DNA of 64,000 bases from Lama guanicoe (Eukaryota), in contig MU054925.1 in the NCBI GenBank assembly GCA_013239625.1, positions 34,079,538-34,143,537 on the forward strand, read 5' to 3'. Position 1 is the first letter of the stretch, and each line of letters starts with the position of its first letter. Shown piece after piece: positions 26,301 through 38,589 of this stretch. A program made the translations under genes and the position numbers. Under the pieces are notes generated by a model, which did no database searches, had not been told where the DNA came from, and worked only from the letters and a program-made list of their open reading frames with translations.

Positions 26301-27073
26301 TCTGGGCGCACGTCCTTTGTCATCCACGTCTTCTGGCTTCCTTTCTGCCCCAGCAGGGCTGTCGGGCCGGCGGTGTCTCCACCAGGTCTAGCTCTTCCAA
26401 GGGGGGTGGTCGGCAGCGCCCCCACCTCAGCTTAGAACACACACGTTTCTTAACGGAATCCTTACAAACCAGTTCCAAGCACACAAGGAGCGCGTGGTCA
26501 TTATGAGAAAATACAGGGGACACAGCACGAACGCCCCGGCTCCCGAGCTCTGCTGCCCAGGCTCGGCCAGGAGGCGACAAGGCTGCACCACGGGCTTGAA
26601 ATTCAAGAGGTTAGACCTCGCGTTAAGGGTTCTCACCACACACACGCACAGGGTGCTGGAGTTTGCCGAAGCACTCAGGACCTTTTAACCCTTTACTGAG
26701 CTCATCTACTCAGGGAAACAGCTTTATCCTGAGACTGTTTTCACCCTGAGGAAATGCAAGGCGTGGGCCGAGAAACCACACTAAGGCTTGATTTTTTTTT
26801 TTTTAATGAAAAAGGGGGCAGTGGAGAAAGTCCCTGGAGACAGCCTCCTCCCTCTGGGGAGGTCCGCGCTCGGGGAGGCGAGAGGAAGGGCCGGGACCGC
26901 ACGGCCCCCCGCAGAGGGCCCGGCAGGGACAGCATCCCCTGTGCAGAGGGCTTAGCTCTTCCTCCCACAGTCCTGCTGTAACGTCGCGACGGTCCCTTTC
27001 CTTTCACACTTCTCTCGCTCTTCCTTCTACTGTACACAAAGTGGTGGGCGGTCTCCCCTACCGCTGTCAGCAA
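23400..27073 (-). pseudogene. Cluster of candidate decayed coding segments interrupted by L1 fragments
   Basis: Acceptors at 27073 (ttctcttcacctcag), 24472 and 23917 (ttttgctttggccacag). Charged protein-like runs in shifting frames: KEEREKCERKG, AERKPEDVDDKG, GLARSNVAYEKSASDTKAKDETRK, VSKKTAGKGKTFK. Confidence 0.25.
25960..26170 (+). mobile_element. Old L1 ORF2 fragment
   Basis: aactctatgctgatagatttgaaaccctgatgactggaagatttct...aaaactgactcaagaa. Confidence 0.65.
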
Positions 27074-27789
27074 CTGAGGTGAAGAGAACACTGTGATGAG
27101 GCGCGAGCCTGGGTTCCCACTGAGCGCCCGAGAGAGAACATAAAAGGGGGCAGCGCATGGAAACACGGCCCCAGAGACACCCCACGCCTCCCTGGGTGCG
27201 CTTAGGAGCCCTGGTCCCTCACCCACCGCGGGAGCAGCCCCTTCACGGGGCGCGGGGTTAGCGCAGGAGGTGTGTGCCCGGGTGTCAAAGTGGGATGCGA
27301 AGACACCTCGAGGCCGGCTCAGTCCCTGGGTGCCGAGAGGACCTCCTCGGGCCAGGCACGTGGTTCTCTGTGGCCACGACACCTGGTCCCTTGGCATCCG
27401 TGTCCTTCTCCCACTATCTGGGTGTCACGTGGGCAGCCCACACAACACAACAGAACACAAGGGGAGAGGAAGGAGGTCGGTCCCACCAGCCTGGCCCTGT
27501 TCTCCTGTCCTGCTTGGAGCCAAACAGGGTCAGGCAACGTCCTGAGTGGGTGAGAACGGGGGTCACCGCAGGAGGAGGTGGGACCTCACAGAGGCGCCAG
27601 GCCAGCCCCGGACTCCTGTCCCTGGGCTTCCGTTAGGTGAGTACAAAGCAACTTGGTGACTTATTCAGGCCGCTGTTCGGGGGCAGCTCTGGGAAGCAGC
27701 TGAGCACAGTTCCCGAGAAACACAAGATGTGAGCCGAGCTTGCAGAGGCCACAGAAGGACGCGGGGGGCCCGGAGAGGACGCCTTTCCC

Positions 27790-28190
27790 TCGCAGCGGGA
27801 TGTGGCACGGGCGGAGGAGGGGGCCAGCGCAGGCCTGACCCACCTGAGGCCTGGAGGAGCAGGGCTTTACAGACCAAGTCTGGAGTCTGGGGATCACACG
27901 CACCAGACCTTTCCTGTGACACGTGGAGTCTTCACCGAGGACACAGGACGGGCCACTTTCCACCTGCCCTTCCCGACCAGAGAGCGGGCTAGGGACGAGA
28001 CGGGAGGTGTGGAAGGGAGCGACCGGACGTTGCCTCTGCCCCGGGTGCCCTCCGACTGCCGAGTCCTCGCAGGCAGAGGGGAGGGAACTTGGCTGTCAGA
28101 GGGGCAGGCATTGCCATTGTGGCAGACGAGAGACCAGCGTGTGGGATCAAATAAACCCTGCTTCTCACAAGTCACTGTGGGTGTGGCCTT
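27790..28190 (+). mobile_element. MaLR LTR (MLT1-like), GC-shifted
   Basis: ttcaccgaggacacagg...ggccac and the terminal aataaaccctgcttctcacaagtcactg. Confidence 0.5.
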
Positions 28191-28972
28191 GATGATCTGA
28201 TTCGGTGCTGTGCTGACACTCTGCTGTCTCCGAGAACCTGTGTACATCACGTCCACGTGGGATTTAACAACAGCCAAACGGGTCGCCTCCAGCTTGCCTC
28301 CAGCTTGTGACGAGGCCGATGGGTTAGCCGAGCAAAAGGCGATTTGCAGTAAGTGCCTAGACACAGAGGGCCTGGCATCTCCGCTCCCAAGGGCCAGTGT
28401 GAGGGGCCCAGGAGTCACTGTGAAAATGGGAGACCAGGGTCTTCCTCCGCGGTGCTGCCTGCCCGGCCGTGGGAACCTGTGCTGCTCTGGGGTTGACGTG
28501 TCAGATGGCTCCTGGGTGGCGCTCCCAAGAGGGGCGGGCAGAGAACCGGAAAGCAGCCTTCAGGCACAGCTTGTCAGGGCCAGGACGTCTGATGTCTCCA
28601 CGGCGGGGGACACAGCGGGCAGATCCGGTCGTGAGCCTCCTCAGAGGGGCCCACCCAGAAGACTGCCTGCCAGGCAGACGTGTCCCCACCACGGATGGGG
28701 CCTGTGGGCGAATCCCTGGGCAGGGGCTGAGAGCGGACTGTGTGCCCCCCGCCCCGCGCCAGTCCCGGGGCCGAGGCCTGTGCCCGAGGGGGTGGGGAGG
28801 GAACAGCTTGATGCTGGAAGTGAGAGTGGGTTTTGATTCAGACCAGCTGGATTTTTTCGTACTTGCGGATGAGACTGCCCCCAGCAGGGGTGGGCGAGGG
28901 AGGGGGAGGATCCTCACAGGTCAGACCCGGCCCCAGGTGGTGTTTTGAGGCTTGCGTTTGACTGAGCGGTAC

Positions 28973-29046
28973 GTTGTGAACCTTCTTCTGTGCAAAACTT
29001 CCACAACTCCACTGTCAATGCCTGACTGAGTAATTTATTTACTTCC
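28973..29046 (-). pseudogene. Candidate small exon, EVNKLLSQALTVELWKFCTEEGSQ
   Basis: Acceptor gtttcccctag| and weak donor AAC|gtaccg; 74 nt with an open, amphipathic, protein-like frame in non-repeat DNA. Confidence 0.3.
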
Positions 29047-29129
29047 CTAGGGGAAACCGGGTATTCACAAGGATTGTTTTCATCCCGCCTCAGAAACTCA
29101 ATCTTAAATCAGTAGCCATCACACTAAAC

Positions 29130-32100
29130 GCGAACAGAAATTAGGAATAAAGTGTGGATGCTGGTCTCCATCATTTTTATTGAAACTTTGCCTGAAGTTT
29201 CTAGCTGCTTCAGCTCCATATGAGCCATAAGTAAGAGGTATGACTCTTATATGTGAAGAAACAAAATTATAAATACTTGCCGATGATATGTTTATATTCT
29301 CATGTTTCCCAACAATTTAGAAAAATAACAGGATTTAGTTAAGAGGCTTTGATATAAACACATAACTTCTCAAGTGAACGGATTTTCTACACAACGTAAG
29401 TAACCAATGGGGTGGTGCCATCCAGAGATCCTACGCATACCAGGGACAGAAACCATTAAAATTTTTAAAATATCATTTATCAAAAGTTTGAAGAATGCTA
29501 CTAAAAATGTACTGTACTGTGTAGGAAAAAGCCAATGGAGGGCTCTGTTTCTGGATACAAACACCTCACCCAGTGTTTGAATGTAGTGCGCATGACCAGG
29601 AAGTGTGCGAAAAGATGCTCACCATCATCCGCCCCTCGGGAGCCGAAAACGAAGGCAGCAGAGGACCCCGCCGCACGCGCTAAAGCAGCTGCATTCTGGG
29701 GCGCAGACAACACCAAGTGCCGGCAAGGACACAGAGCGACAGGAACTCGCGCTCGTGCTGACGGCAAAACGGCGCTGTCACTTCGGAAGACAGCTCAGCC
29801 GTTTCTGGCAAAGCTGAACGATCCCGCGATGCCATTCCTAGGTATCTACCCAAATTACTTAAAAACGTGGATCCACACAGAAACTTGTTTTGGGGGGGAG
29901 GGAGGTCCATTTACTTACTTTATTTCTAGAGGAGGTCGCGGGGACTGAACCCAGGACCTGGTGCACGCCAAGCATGTGCTCTACCACTTGAGCTACACCC
30001 TCCCCACCTACACAGAAACTTGTTCATGAATGTTTAAGCAGCTTTATTCATAACTGGCCAACCCTAGAAGCACCAAGATGTCCTTCAGTGGGTGGTGGAT
30101 AAATAAACTGTGATATCTCCACAGAATGGGACATTATCCAGCAATAAAGAGAAACCAGCCATCGAACCACGAAGAGACAGGGAAGAACGTCTCAAACGCT
30201 CGTTGCTAAGTGCGAGAGGCCAGGCTGAAAAGGTTAACACCGCGTGAGTCCAGCTCTGTGCCATTCTGGAAGAGGCAAAACGCTGGCGACAGCAGAAAGA
30301 TCAGTGGTGGCCAGGGGTCGGGAGGAGGGAGGGCGAGGGGGCGCACGGGGGACTTTCAAGCAGTGAAACGAGTCTCTGTGGAACCGTGATGCTGGACGCA
30401 TGACATTAGATGTTGTCAGAATCCATGGAATGTCCCACACGGGGTGAACCGAGTGCAGACTGTGGACTTTAGTTAATGATGACAGGTCACTACTCAGCCA
30501 CCACACGAATCCGAGATGCCAGTGAGGGGGCCTGCGGGGGTGACGGGAGGGGGCGTTTGAGAACTCTGTACTTTCCATTCAATCTTTCTTTAAACCTAAA
30601 ATGGTGCTGAAAATAAAATCTATTAATTAAAAGAAAATAAATAAAGAAAGGAGCTACCAAGGCGCAAAGGGACGTGGAAGAACCTGAAACGTGTACGGGT
30701 AAAGGACAGGAGCCCACGTGGAGAAGCAGCACACGGCAGGGCTCCAACCACACGAGCTTCAGAAAGGGAACACATGCAGACGCGGCGAAATTACCAGGAG
30801 CTGGGGGTGACGGGATCGCTGAGACTTTTTTACTGTGGTGAGACGATTCTGCGTGTTATTATAATAGTGGATGCGTGATGCTACAAATTTATTAAAATTC
30901 ACAGAATCTTACAGCACAAAGAATGCCCTTAATGCATTTAAGTTTCGAAGTCATGTAGGGGATCCCAACGTGGAATCCAGAACGTGACAAAACAATTCAG
31001 CTGTAGTACAAACGTGCGAGACAACCTACTTGAGGGGGACAGAGAAAAAGGCAGGGCCCAAGCAGCTCTGGAAATGAGCGGAGACCGAACAGCTGAAGGG
31101 AAAAGCAGCTCCACGCAAGCACAGGTTCCAGTGGGTAAGGCAGTGTCCACGGGGGGATGGAGGAGGACAGCTCTGAGACCACAGCACCCCGCGCCGGAGC
31201 CAGCAAGCGAGCATGTGGCTGGGGACGGGGGGCCTGCAGACGAGCAACTGGAGGAGACCAGGGGACCGCGCCGTAGTGCTGGCGATGTCAGTATGCACTC
31301 ATGGCCAGCCTGAGACAGACACAGATACGGACATACAGGTGGACAGATGGCGGACAGACAGACAGGGGTGCGGACACACGTGTTTCCCAGCTCTGCCGGC
31401 TCTGTTAACTGAAGCAATGACACCCCAGTAGCAGTAAGCATGCCCAGGCCCAAAGATCTCGGCCTCGAATACCATTCTCAAACAATACGAAGCAGGACTC
31501 ACTGGGGAAATGGCTGATTCTAGGACGGGGGCAGCAAATACAGGAGCTGAGCCCAGACCACACAGCGTCCGGAAGTAAGGAAGTGCTCAAAACCCAAACC
31601 CTACCGTGACAACGGGGGGAGCTCATAGAGGACGCAGGAGCCAATAGAAAGGGCTCCCAACGGCCAGAGCTGGGAGCTTTGAAAAACAAAGTCGTGTCAC
31701 ACTGGACTGCAACTCAGAGTACACGTTAAACACCCGCGAGTCCATCCAATGTAAGTACGTGGTCGACTGAAGAAACCCGTGGGGAGAGGAGACACACTTC
31801 CCACACAGAAATACCAGGCAGCTCACAAGGACACTCAGGCCCCGGGCAGGTGGAGCGAAGCCCTCAGGGAGGGCTGTGCTCAGGGACTCCTTCCGAAGAG
31901 GACAGTGAGGAAGGGCAGGGGGAGCACCTTGCACGCTGCAGAAAGCTGACAGACAGGACCTTGGCCGGGCGATCACGGTCAATGTCGACCGGATGTCGCG
32001 GGGGCAGAATCCGCCCTGAAAGGGTGTGACACAAGTGGGAGCCCACCTCTGCGCCTCCTCACAGAAACCCGCCATCGCAGGCCAGTCAGGAGAAAACGCC

Positions 32101-32700
32101 AGACACGTCTCAGCTGAGGGTCGTTCTGCAAAGTCCCTGTGCCCCTCAGACTGTCGAGGTCACGGACAACGAGGACATCCGAGCGACGGCCCAGCCAGGA
32201 GGAGCCTGAGGAGACGGGCTGACAAGAGGTAACATGGCTCCCGGGACAGGAAGAGTCACACAGAAACCGCGCAACCCGAGTCAGGTGCGGACTGCAGCGA
32301 ACAATACTGTGTCGACGTCGCCTCCTCAACTGTAACAAGCGTACACGAACCGGAGCGAAAAGATGAGCTGCCAGTACTGGGGGGATGGGGCGGGGCCTGG
32401 GGGAGGCGCTATCTTCATAGCTTTTCTGTAAACCTAAAACGGCTCTAAAGTTAAAAGTTTATTTAAAAATGTGTGTCAGCTCTTCCTTAGCTAATTTACT
32501 AACTTTAACACAATTCACAACCTCCAGTAGGATTTCCCTCCGAAACAAAAAATTGATCCCCAAACACGTGGATGACAGAGGAGGAATAGCTGGGTAAATT
32601 CTGGAGAAGAAAGGCAAGAGGTGAATTTCTGGAGCCAATATTAAAACACACAAAGTCACAATCTTAAAAGAACTGGGTTCTGAGTCAAACACAGATCGAT
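29130..32700 (+). mobile_element. Nested cluster of old L1M fragments
   Basis: Many L1 ORF2-end and 3' UTR motifs (ccattcctaggtatctaccca; agatgtccttcagtgggt..ggataaataaactgtg; ttttctgtaaacctaaaac). Confidence 0.8.
29890..30009 (-). mobile_element. tRNA-derived SINE (camelid-like) with a perfect 15-bp TSD
   Basis: The reverse complement reads gggagggtgtagctcaagtggtagagcacatgcttggcgtgcaccaggtcctgggttcagtcccc. TSD acacagaaacttgtt at 29875-29889 and 30010-30024. Confidence 0.9.
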
Positions 32701-34699
32701 GAAGCGGAATGCTTGGTCCAGAGGAAGACCAGAGCTTACAAACACGTCACCTCTACAAGGGTGGCCGCTCTGGCGGACCGGGAGAGAAGGGTCTGCCGTG
32801 TCTGCACGTCTGCACCCCACACACAGCCGCACAAAAAGGCTCCTGTTTTATGTCACATCTAAAACCTGACCTCAGGGGCAGAAGGGCGAGTTAACGCACC
32901 CCTCAGATCACAGCCGCCCTCACCACCACCCCACGCGAGGCTCATCTCTCGGGGTCACTTTCCCTTCGGCCTCAATTACCTCCCCCCCGCAGCCCTCCCC
33001 CACCGGTGTCCAAGTCAGTGTGTTTGGTGTGTGCGTTTAGAAATGCAAAAGCTTTTGAAGAATAGGTACTATTGCTTTTTGCACGTGTTTTCAATGTACA
33101 TGAAGGGTCATGACTGGTGGGTCTCACTGTACTCCGCCCAGCAGTGTTCTCAGCTCGGTCCATATTTCCAGCCTGATGCTTGGACCCACGCCTCTGGCAC
33201 ACACCCGCCCTCTCTTTCTATCCGTCCACCCGCTTCCCCATCAGTGAGTGTTGGCTGCCTCAGCCTCCCCAGCCCAGAAGAGCACTGGGATGCAGGAGCC
33301 TTCTCATTCACACGTGACTTTCCCCAGGACTGTTGTCCAGGAGGGCGGGTCGCTGATCAGAGTTCCAGAGGCTGGTTCCACTCAGGACTACCAGCTCCTC
33401 CCCAGAATACCCAGACTGGCTCACGTTCCAGCCAGCGGCGTGCGGGGCTCCCTGACCCCCTTCCCTCCGACACATGTACTGCCAAATTTTCTGCTTCTGC
33501 AACCCGAGGGGGTGTGTGGTCGCATCTCACTGATGTCTTGATTGAATAACTGGAAGGTTGGGTGTCGCTCCCTCATGCCCCAGCCCCTCTTCAACAGACA
33601 GCCCCTCCCATATTTTTGCCTCTTTCTTCTACTGAATTCCCCCTTTTCCTCAATGGTCTGCAAGAGCCCGTGTATGTTCCAGATCAGCTGGATCTGTATG
33701 TTCAGACGGCTGAACACTGTCCTGCCTCGTCGTGGGGATGGGCAGCCGTGGCTTATTCAAGACTGGGTGCCCGCAAAGACCCCGCCTCCGCTCTCTCCTG
33801 GCGAGGAGCCCCGCGGCCCCACCTCCCCCACCACCCATGGGTGAGCCATGGTCGGTGGCTCCGGCGGGTTCTCCCTGTTTTCAGCGTTTGTTTGACAAAC
33901 CCGTCAACATCCCTCTGCCTGCGGTGGCACCCCCAGCGCTATTTGGGAGCAGCGGCCCCAGGCTAATCTGACATCTCTTCTAGAGCCAGAGACGGGCCAC
34001 ATGCCAATGCACAGGGAAGACTGGGGAGGAAAGCGTTTCAGCGCTCTTCCTATGTGTGTACTGAAAGAATATTAAAGTGCTTCTAAGGGAAAACATGTAA
34101 TCACTGTGTTTGCCACATCTAGCAGCTGAAAGCCGCCCTTCCTGCCCTCCCCAAGTCCTTGTCATTTTCTTGGTTGGTGGCAGACCAGATTACCCCGCAG
34201 CAGCCCTGCGCCGCGCCCACGACGTTCAACAGAACCCAGCGCCCAGCTCGCACACCCGGGCTGGGGTGCTGACAGACAGACTCTGACCGGCGCCGCCTCG
34301 GCACGCGGGAGGAAGCTCCCTCCTCCAGGACGCGGAGCCGTGTCCCTCTCCAGCGCAGCTCGGGGTGGGGCACGGACAGCAGCGCCGTCCGGGACGTTCC
34401 GGGCGCCGTCAAGGACAGCCGAGGCCGGAGCCAGCACGGACTGCGCCCTGTGTCGCCGGAGAGACGGCACGCGATTCCGTCTCCGGGGACCCCCCGGAGG
34501 TTCCGATCTGCCAGCATGGATCACCGCCTGGGCACCAGGTTCCGCACGCTTCTCAAGAGGCTCAGGTGTGCAGCCGAGCTCACGGGCCGGGGCGTAAGGG
34601 GCGTCAGCCACCGAGCACGCCTGCCTCACGCGCCACCACACTGCGCCCGTTTAGTTCAGCCCTGTTGGACTTGTGAGTCCCTGCCCACCCGCCCCCGCC

Positions 34700-36260
34700 C
34701 CAGCCATTGCTAATTCTTTTGAGCTGGAGTCTCCCTTGGGTGCCCTGATACGTTTATCAATCATCTATTCACCGTGCTTCTCCTTGCATCTCAGGCCTTC
34801 CTCTGGAATTTCTTTGTGTGTGAGGCAGCGTCCTTTAGAACCTCTTTCAGCAAGAGTCTGCATGTGGCTATAAATGTTGCGTGTATTTTTTCTTACAGCG
34901 TCTCCTTTTTAGCTCCTGGCTGGCGGTTGGCTGGTGGGAAACCTGGGCCTCTGAGCCCTGGGGGTGTCACCACTCCTCCCGGACGTCTCTCCGCTGCGGC
35001 CAACAGGACGTCTCTGTCGGCCCACTAGTTGTTTTTAGATAAATAAATTTTCTTTTCCTTTTGAGAGGTCTGGCTGCTTTTGTGGTTTTGCTCGTTGCCC
35101 TTTGGTTTTGGCAGTTTCGCTCCCATAACGTTTGGGTGTAAATTCATTTCTTATCTTGCTTGCAATTTCTGGTTCTTCCCTCCCGTCAGGCGTCTGCCCA
35201 TCCTGCCCGCTCCCTCTCCAGGTCGCTCGACCTCTCGTTCACACATTCCCGCTCTTCCCTCTCTCTGCAGGGTGTTTGAATCTTTGCCTTTAAACGGCGG
35301 CAAACCCCCTTAGCCTTACCCATCAGTGAGTATTTCTGGAAGCTGTGTTCACTTCAGCTTTAGATCAACGTGGTGTTCTCTGCTCTCGTGTTCCCCTGTT
35401 TTGGCCCATGCTTTCTATCCTGATTTGATCTCATTAATAGTTTGAAGCATAGTGACTTATTTCAATTTCTTGGTAAGCTGGTTCATCCTGTTTTTTTCCC
35501 TCTGACTCTCCCACTCAGAGACTCCCTGTGCCATCGTTGACTTGGAGTCCTTATCTTTCAGAAATATACACTGAAGTATCTGTGACTGACGTGGCGTGAT
35601 GCCCAGGGTTTGCTTCAAGAGTGGGGGGCTGCGGACAGGGGTGCTGGTATAGACAAAGTGAGACCGGCCTCGGGGTCTGCGGGTTCCCCTTATGAGCGCG
35701 TCTTCACCAGGGTTCTTTCCCTTTTCAGAAGTTTCATGCTCTGTGTTGTAGGGATACTGCTGGAGAGCACATTTTTGTTTTCTTTAGCTAGTCAGCCTCA
35801 TTAACTTCATGATAAGATCTTAAAAAATTGTTCCGTCTTTAGAATTTCTGCGACATTGGCTCAGTGTGAACTGGGACCTGGCACCACGACTGGGAGCCTA
35901 GAGCGTCCACCTAGAGCTTCGCGGCCTGTCCGGCTGTCGGGCAGGATCGCTCTAGTGTCCCTGTCACTGGGGGCAGTTTCCCAGGTTCCCAGGTCTCTAA
36001 CCAAAGCCTGACTTCGGCTGTCAGCTGTGGGGGCAGAGGAAGAGTCTCTGCTCCAGAGAGAGCCTTAGGCCCTCCTGGCTGCCCTTGAGGTTTACCTCCC
36101 AGCCAGTATTTATGACGTCTGCTATTTTATTAATGACCCAGAGGAACCTCCTTTCTGTCTTTCAAGCTCTGCGTTTATCCATTTCCGCCGTATCTATTCT
36201 GTGTGTACATGTTGGGGGGCAGCGGCCACACTGGCTCATTCGGCCATGTTCCTGGTTATT
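34700..36260 (-). mobile_element. Old L1M 5'/ORF1-region fragments
   Basis: T-rich antisense L1-like text; a 5' end-like aacatggccgaatgagcc on the minus strand near 36250. Confidence 0.5.
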
Positions 36261-36672
36261 AATGGTATATGAGAAATAATTAAGCTTCTTGCATTTAAGC
36301 TTGTAACTAAGGATTTCTCTTTTTTCTTATCCTTGGGTTTCTTAGGTAGACGATACATGACTGAAATATGCTAGTAAGAATCACAGTGAAGACTTGTTTG
36401 TCTCCAAACACTTTTATCACTATTTTCTTGATTTCACCCATTATTTCGAATCATCCTCAGAAAGTCTCTGTAACAGGAATGCCATTACCAGTCTCCATCG
36501 TGCAGATGGATCAGGGAGGCCTCAGAGTTCAGTGACTGGCCCGAGACCACATGTCGGGAGTGCAGGGTGGGAACCGCAGCCCCGGCGCCCACTCCAGCTG
36601 TCACAGCCCCGCCCCAACACACACACAGAGCACTCCTTAACCCACCGGTACACCTGGTCTTTTTAAAAAGAA

Positions 36673-36694
36673 GTGTGTGTGTGTGTGTGTGTGT
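36673..36694. repeat. (GT)n microsatellite
   Basis: About 11 GT units. Confidence 0.9.
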
Positions 36695-37479
36695 ATGAAG
36701 TGGCTAAAAGTGCCAGAGTACACCTGCAGTCCCCGGGGTGGGAAGTCGGGCCACACCCATTCCCCAGGCTCTCCCCGCCACGGCACCTGCTCTGAGCCAG
36801 GAGCCTGGAGCCGGCTGGGGAAATGGGAGTGAAAGTGTCGTGGGGACACAGGTTTCCGGTGGGAGGGCGCCCGCCTCACTACCTTCTCGGGAAGTAAACC
36901 TGGGCTGGACAAAGCCCCAGGATTGAGGAGGGCTTCTGTTGTGACAGCTCGTGCGGGTCCCCAGTTATTTTTCTTTCCGCCTTGCCTCAGTGTCAGCGAT
37001 GCCTTTACCTGCGACCCCGCAGAGAAAACAGGAGCCGCTGGTAACAGCTCCAGTGGCAAGCACACCCGCTCCTCCCTCTCAGCCTCTGAGCAGCCCCCTC
37101 CCCCAGGCCTCCGCCCCACATCCCAGCTGCTCCCTGCATTTCCTGAATCTTATTTGAACACCCTCATCACGCCATGTTTATAAAAAGAGCCCTTTCCTTT
37201 TAGAGATACATCATGAAATATTTAGGGTTCAGATGGCAGGTGCCTGGGACTTGCTTCAAAACGACCCAGGGCTGAGGGCAGCGGGGCAGAGACGAAGGAC
37301 TGGCCATGGTCAGTCACTCTGGAAGCTGGGGGAGGGTACCCAGGGTCACCACACTCTTCTCTTTACTTTTCCATACATACATCTGAAATTTTTCCTAACA
37401 CACGATTTTCCTGAAAAGAGTCCATAAAAACTAATGGAAAAAACTTTTCATGGAGTTGTTTTTTGAAAACCGGAGAAGA

Positions 37480-37760
37480 AAACGTGTTGCTCACAGCCTG
37501 TGGAGGACACCCCCCGAATCCTCCTCATCTCACACTCTCCCAGTCAGCCAGCAGCAGGGACCGGAGAGCATTTTCGCTCCACTGCTGGCTTTGAAGGTGA
37601 GGCGGGGGCCATGAGCCGGGCTCGCAGGCACCTCTGGAAAGCAGCAGGAAAGGCGAGGAAACAGACTCTCCCGTCAGAGTCCCCAGACGGAAACAGCCCC
37701 ACCAACACCTCGGTTCCAGCCCAGTGAGACCTGGCCTCAGTCCTTTCTTCTCAGCCTCTG
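37480..37760 (+). mobile_element. MaLR LTR fragment (MLT1D-like)
   Basis: ctgctggctttgaaggtgaggcgggggccatgagcc...ggaaaggcgaggaaacagactctccc...cccagtgagacc. Confidence 0.7.
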
Positions 37761-38589
37761 ACGTCATTTACTGACTGACAGCCCAACCATGTGACCGAGG
37801 TGCTGACAGCACGGCCAGCAGCATAACGGCAGTTACATAGTTAAATCCAATCAACACGTCAAAGAACTAAAACAAAATGAAACCGGAAAGAAGCAACACT
37901 AGGTCGAATTCCAAAGATGCTGAGAAGTGGGAGGATAAAGCGGTAACTCCACCGACTGGAGCCAGACAGGCAAAGTTACGGGGTCCACACCCGAGACGGG
38001 CAGATTTGTAGGGGGAGCGGGCACACAGAACAGAACTTTACACTAAGATCACACATTTGTGCTAACTCAGGCCCCTACGTGTGTAGTTATTCGTTATAGC
38101 AGCAATCAGAAACTAACACACACCTTTTCCGATGGAACACAGTTGGCTATGAACCTCCCTCACAGGCGTCAGCAATCTAAGGAGGCGGCCGAGACCCTGG
38201 GCTCTTGGACAAGAGAGTCAGGCCCAAGTCCTAGTCTGTCCACAGCAGCCCAGTGGCCTAACTGCCCTGTGCCTCTGCTTCCTCATTTGTAGAGTGGGAA
38301 CAACAGCACGTCTGCACGGAGAGCTGGCCGGAAGCGCTGGGCGTGTGAGGGCGGGAGCCAGGCGCTGGGTGAGCGCTCAGCGGGCGCTAGTTCCCGCTGC
38401 TGGTGACTGCGCACCTTTGACCCCTTTTCATCCACTGCTTTGCCTGCTCCCTTGTCAACATCTACCACTGTGACGGGGGGAGGGGTTCAACACACCAGCG
38501 CTCTCCTCTGCAATTAATTACTTATATAATAATTAATCCTCCAAGTAGAATTTAAAGCTGTTCGTCCAGTTTCATGAAAGAAGAAAACC

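Noticed and set aside
33250-34060. Three same-frame minus-strand ORFs as proof of a large exon
   Set aside because: The stop spacing is about what GC-rich DNA gives by chance; only the acceptor at 34060 is kept, as weak support.
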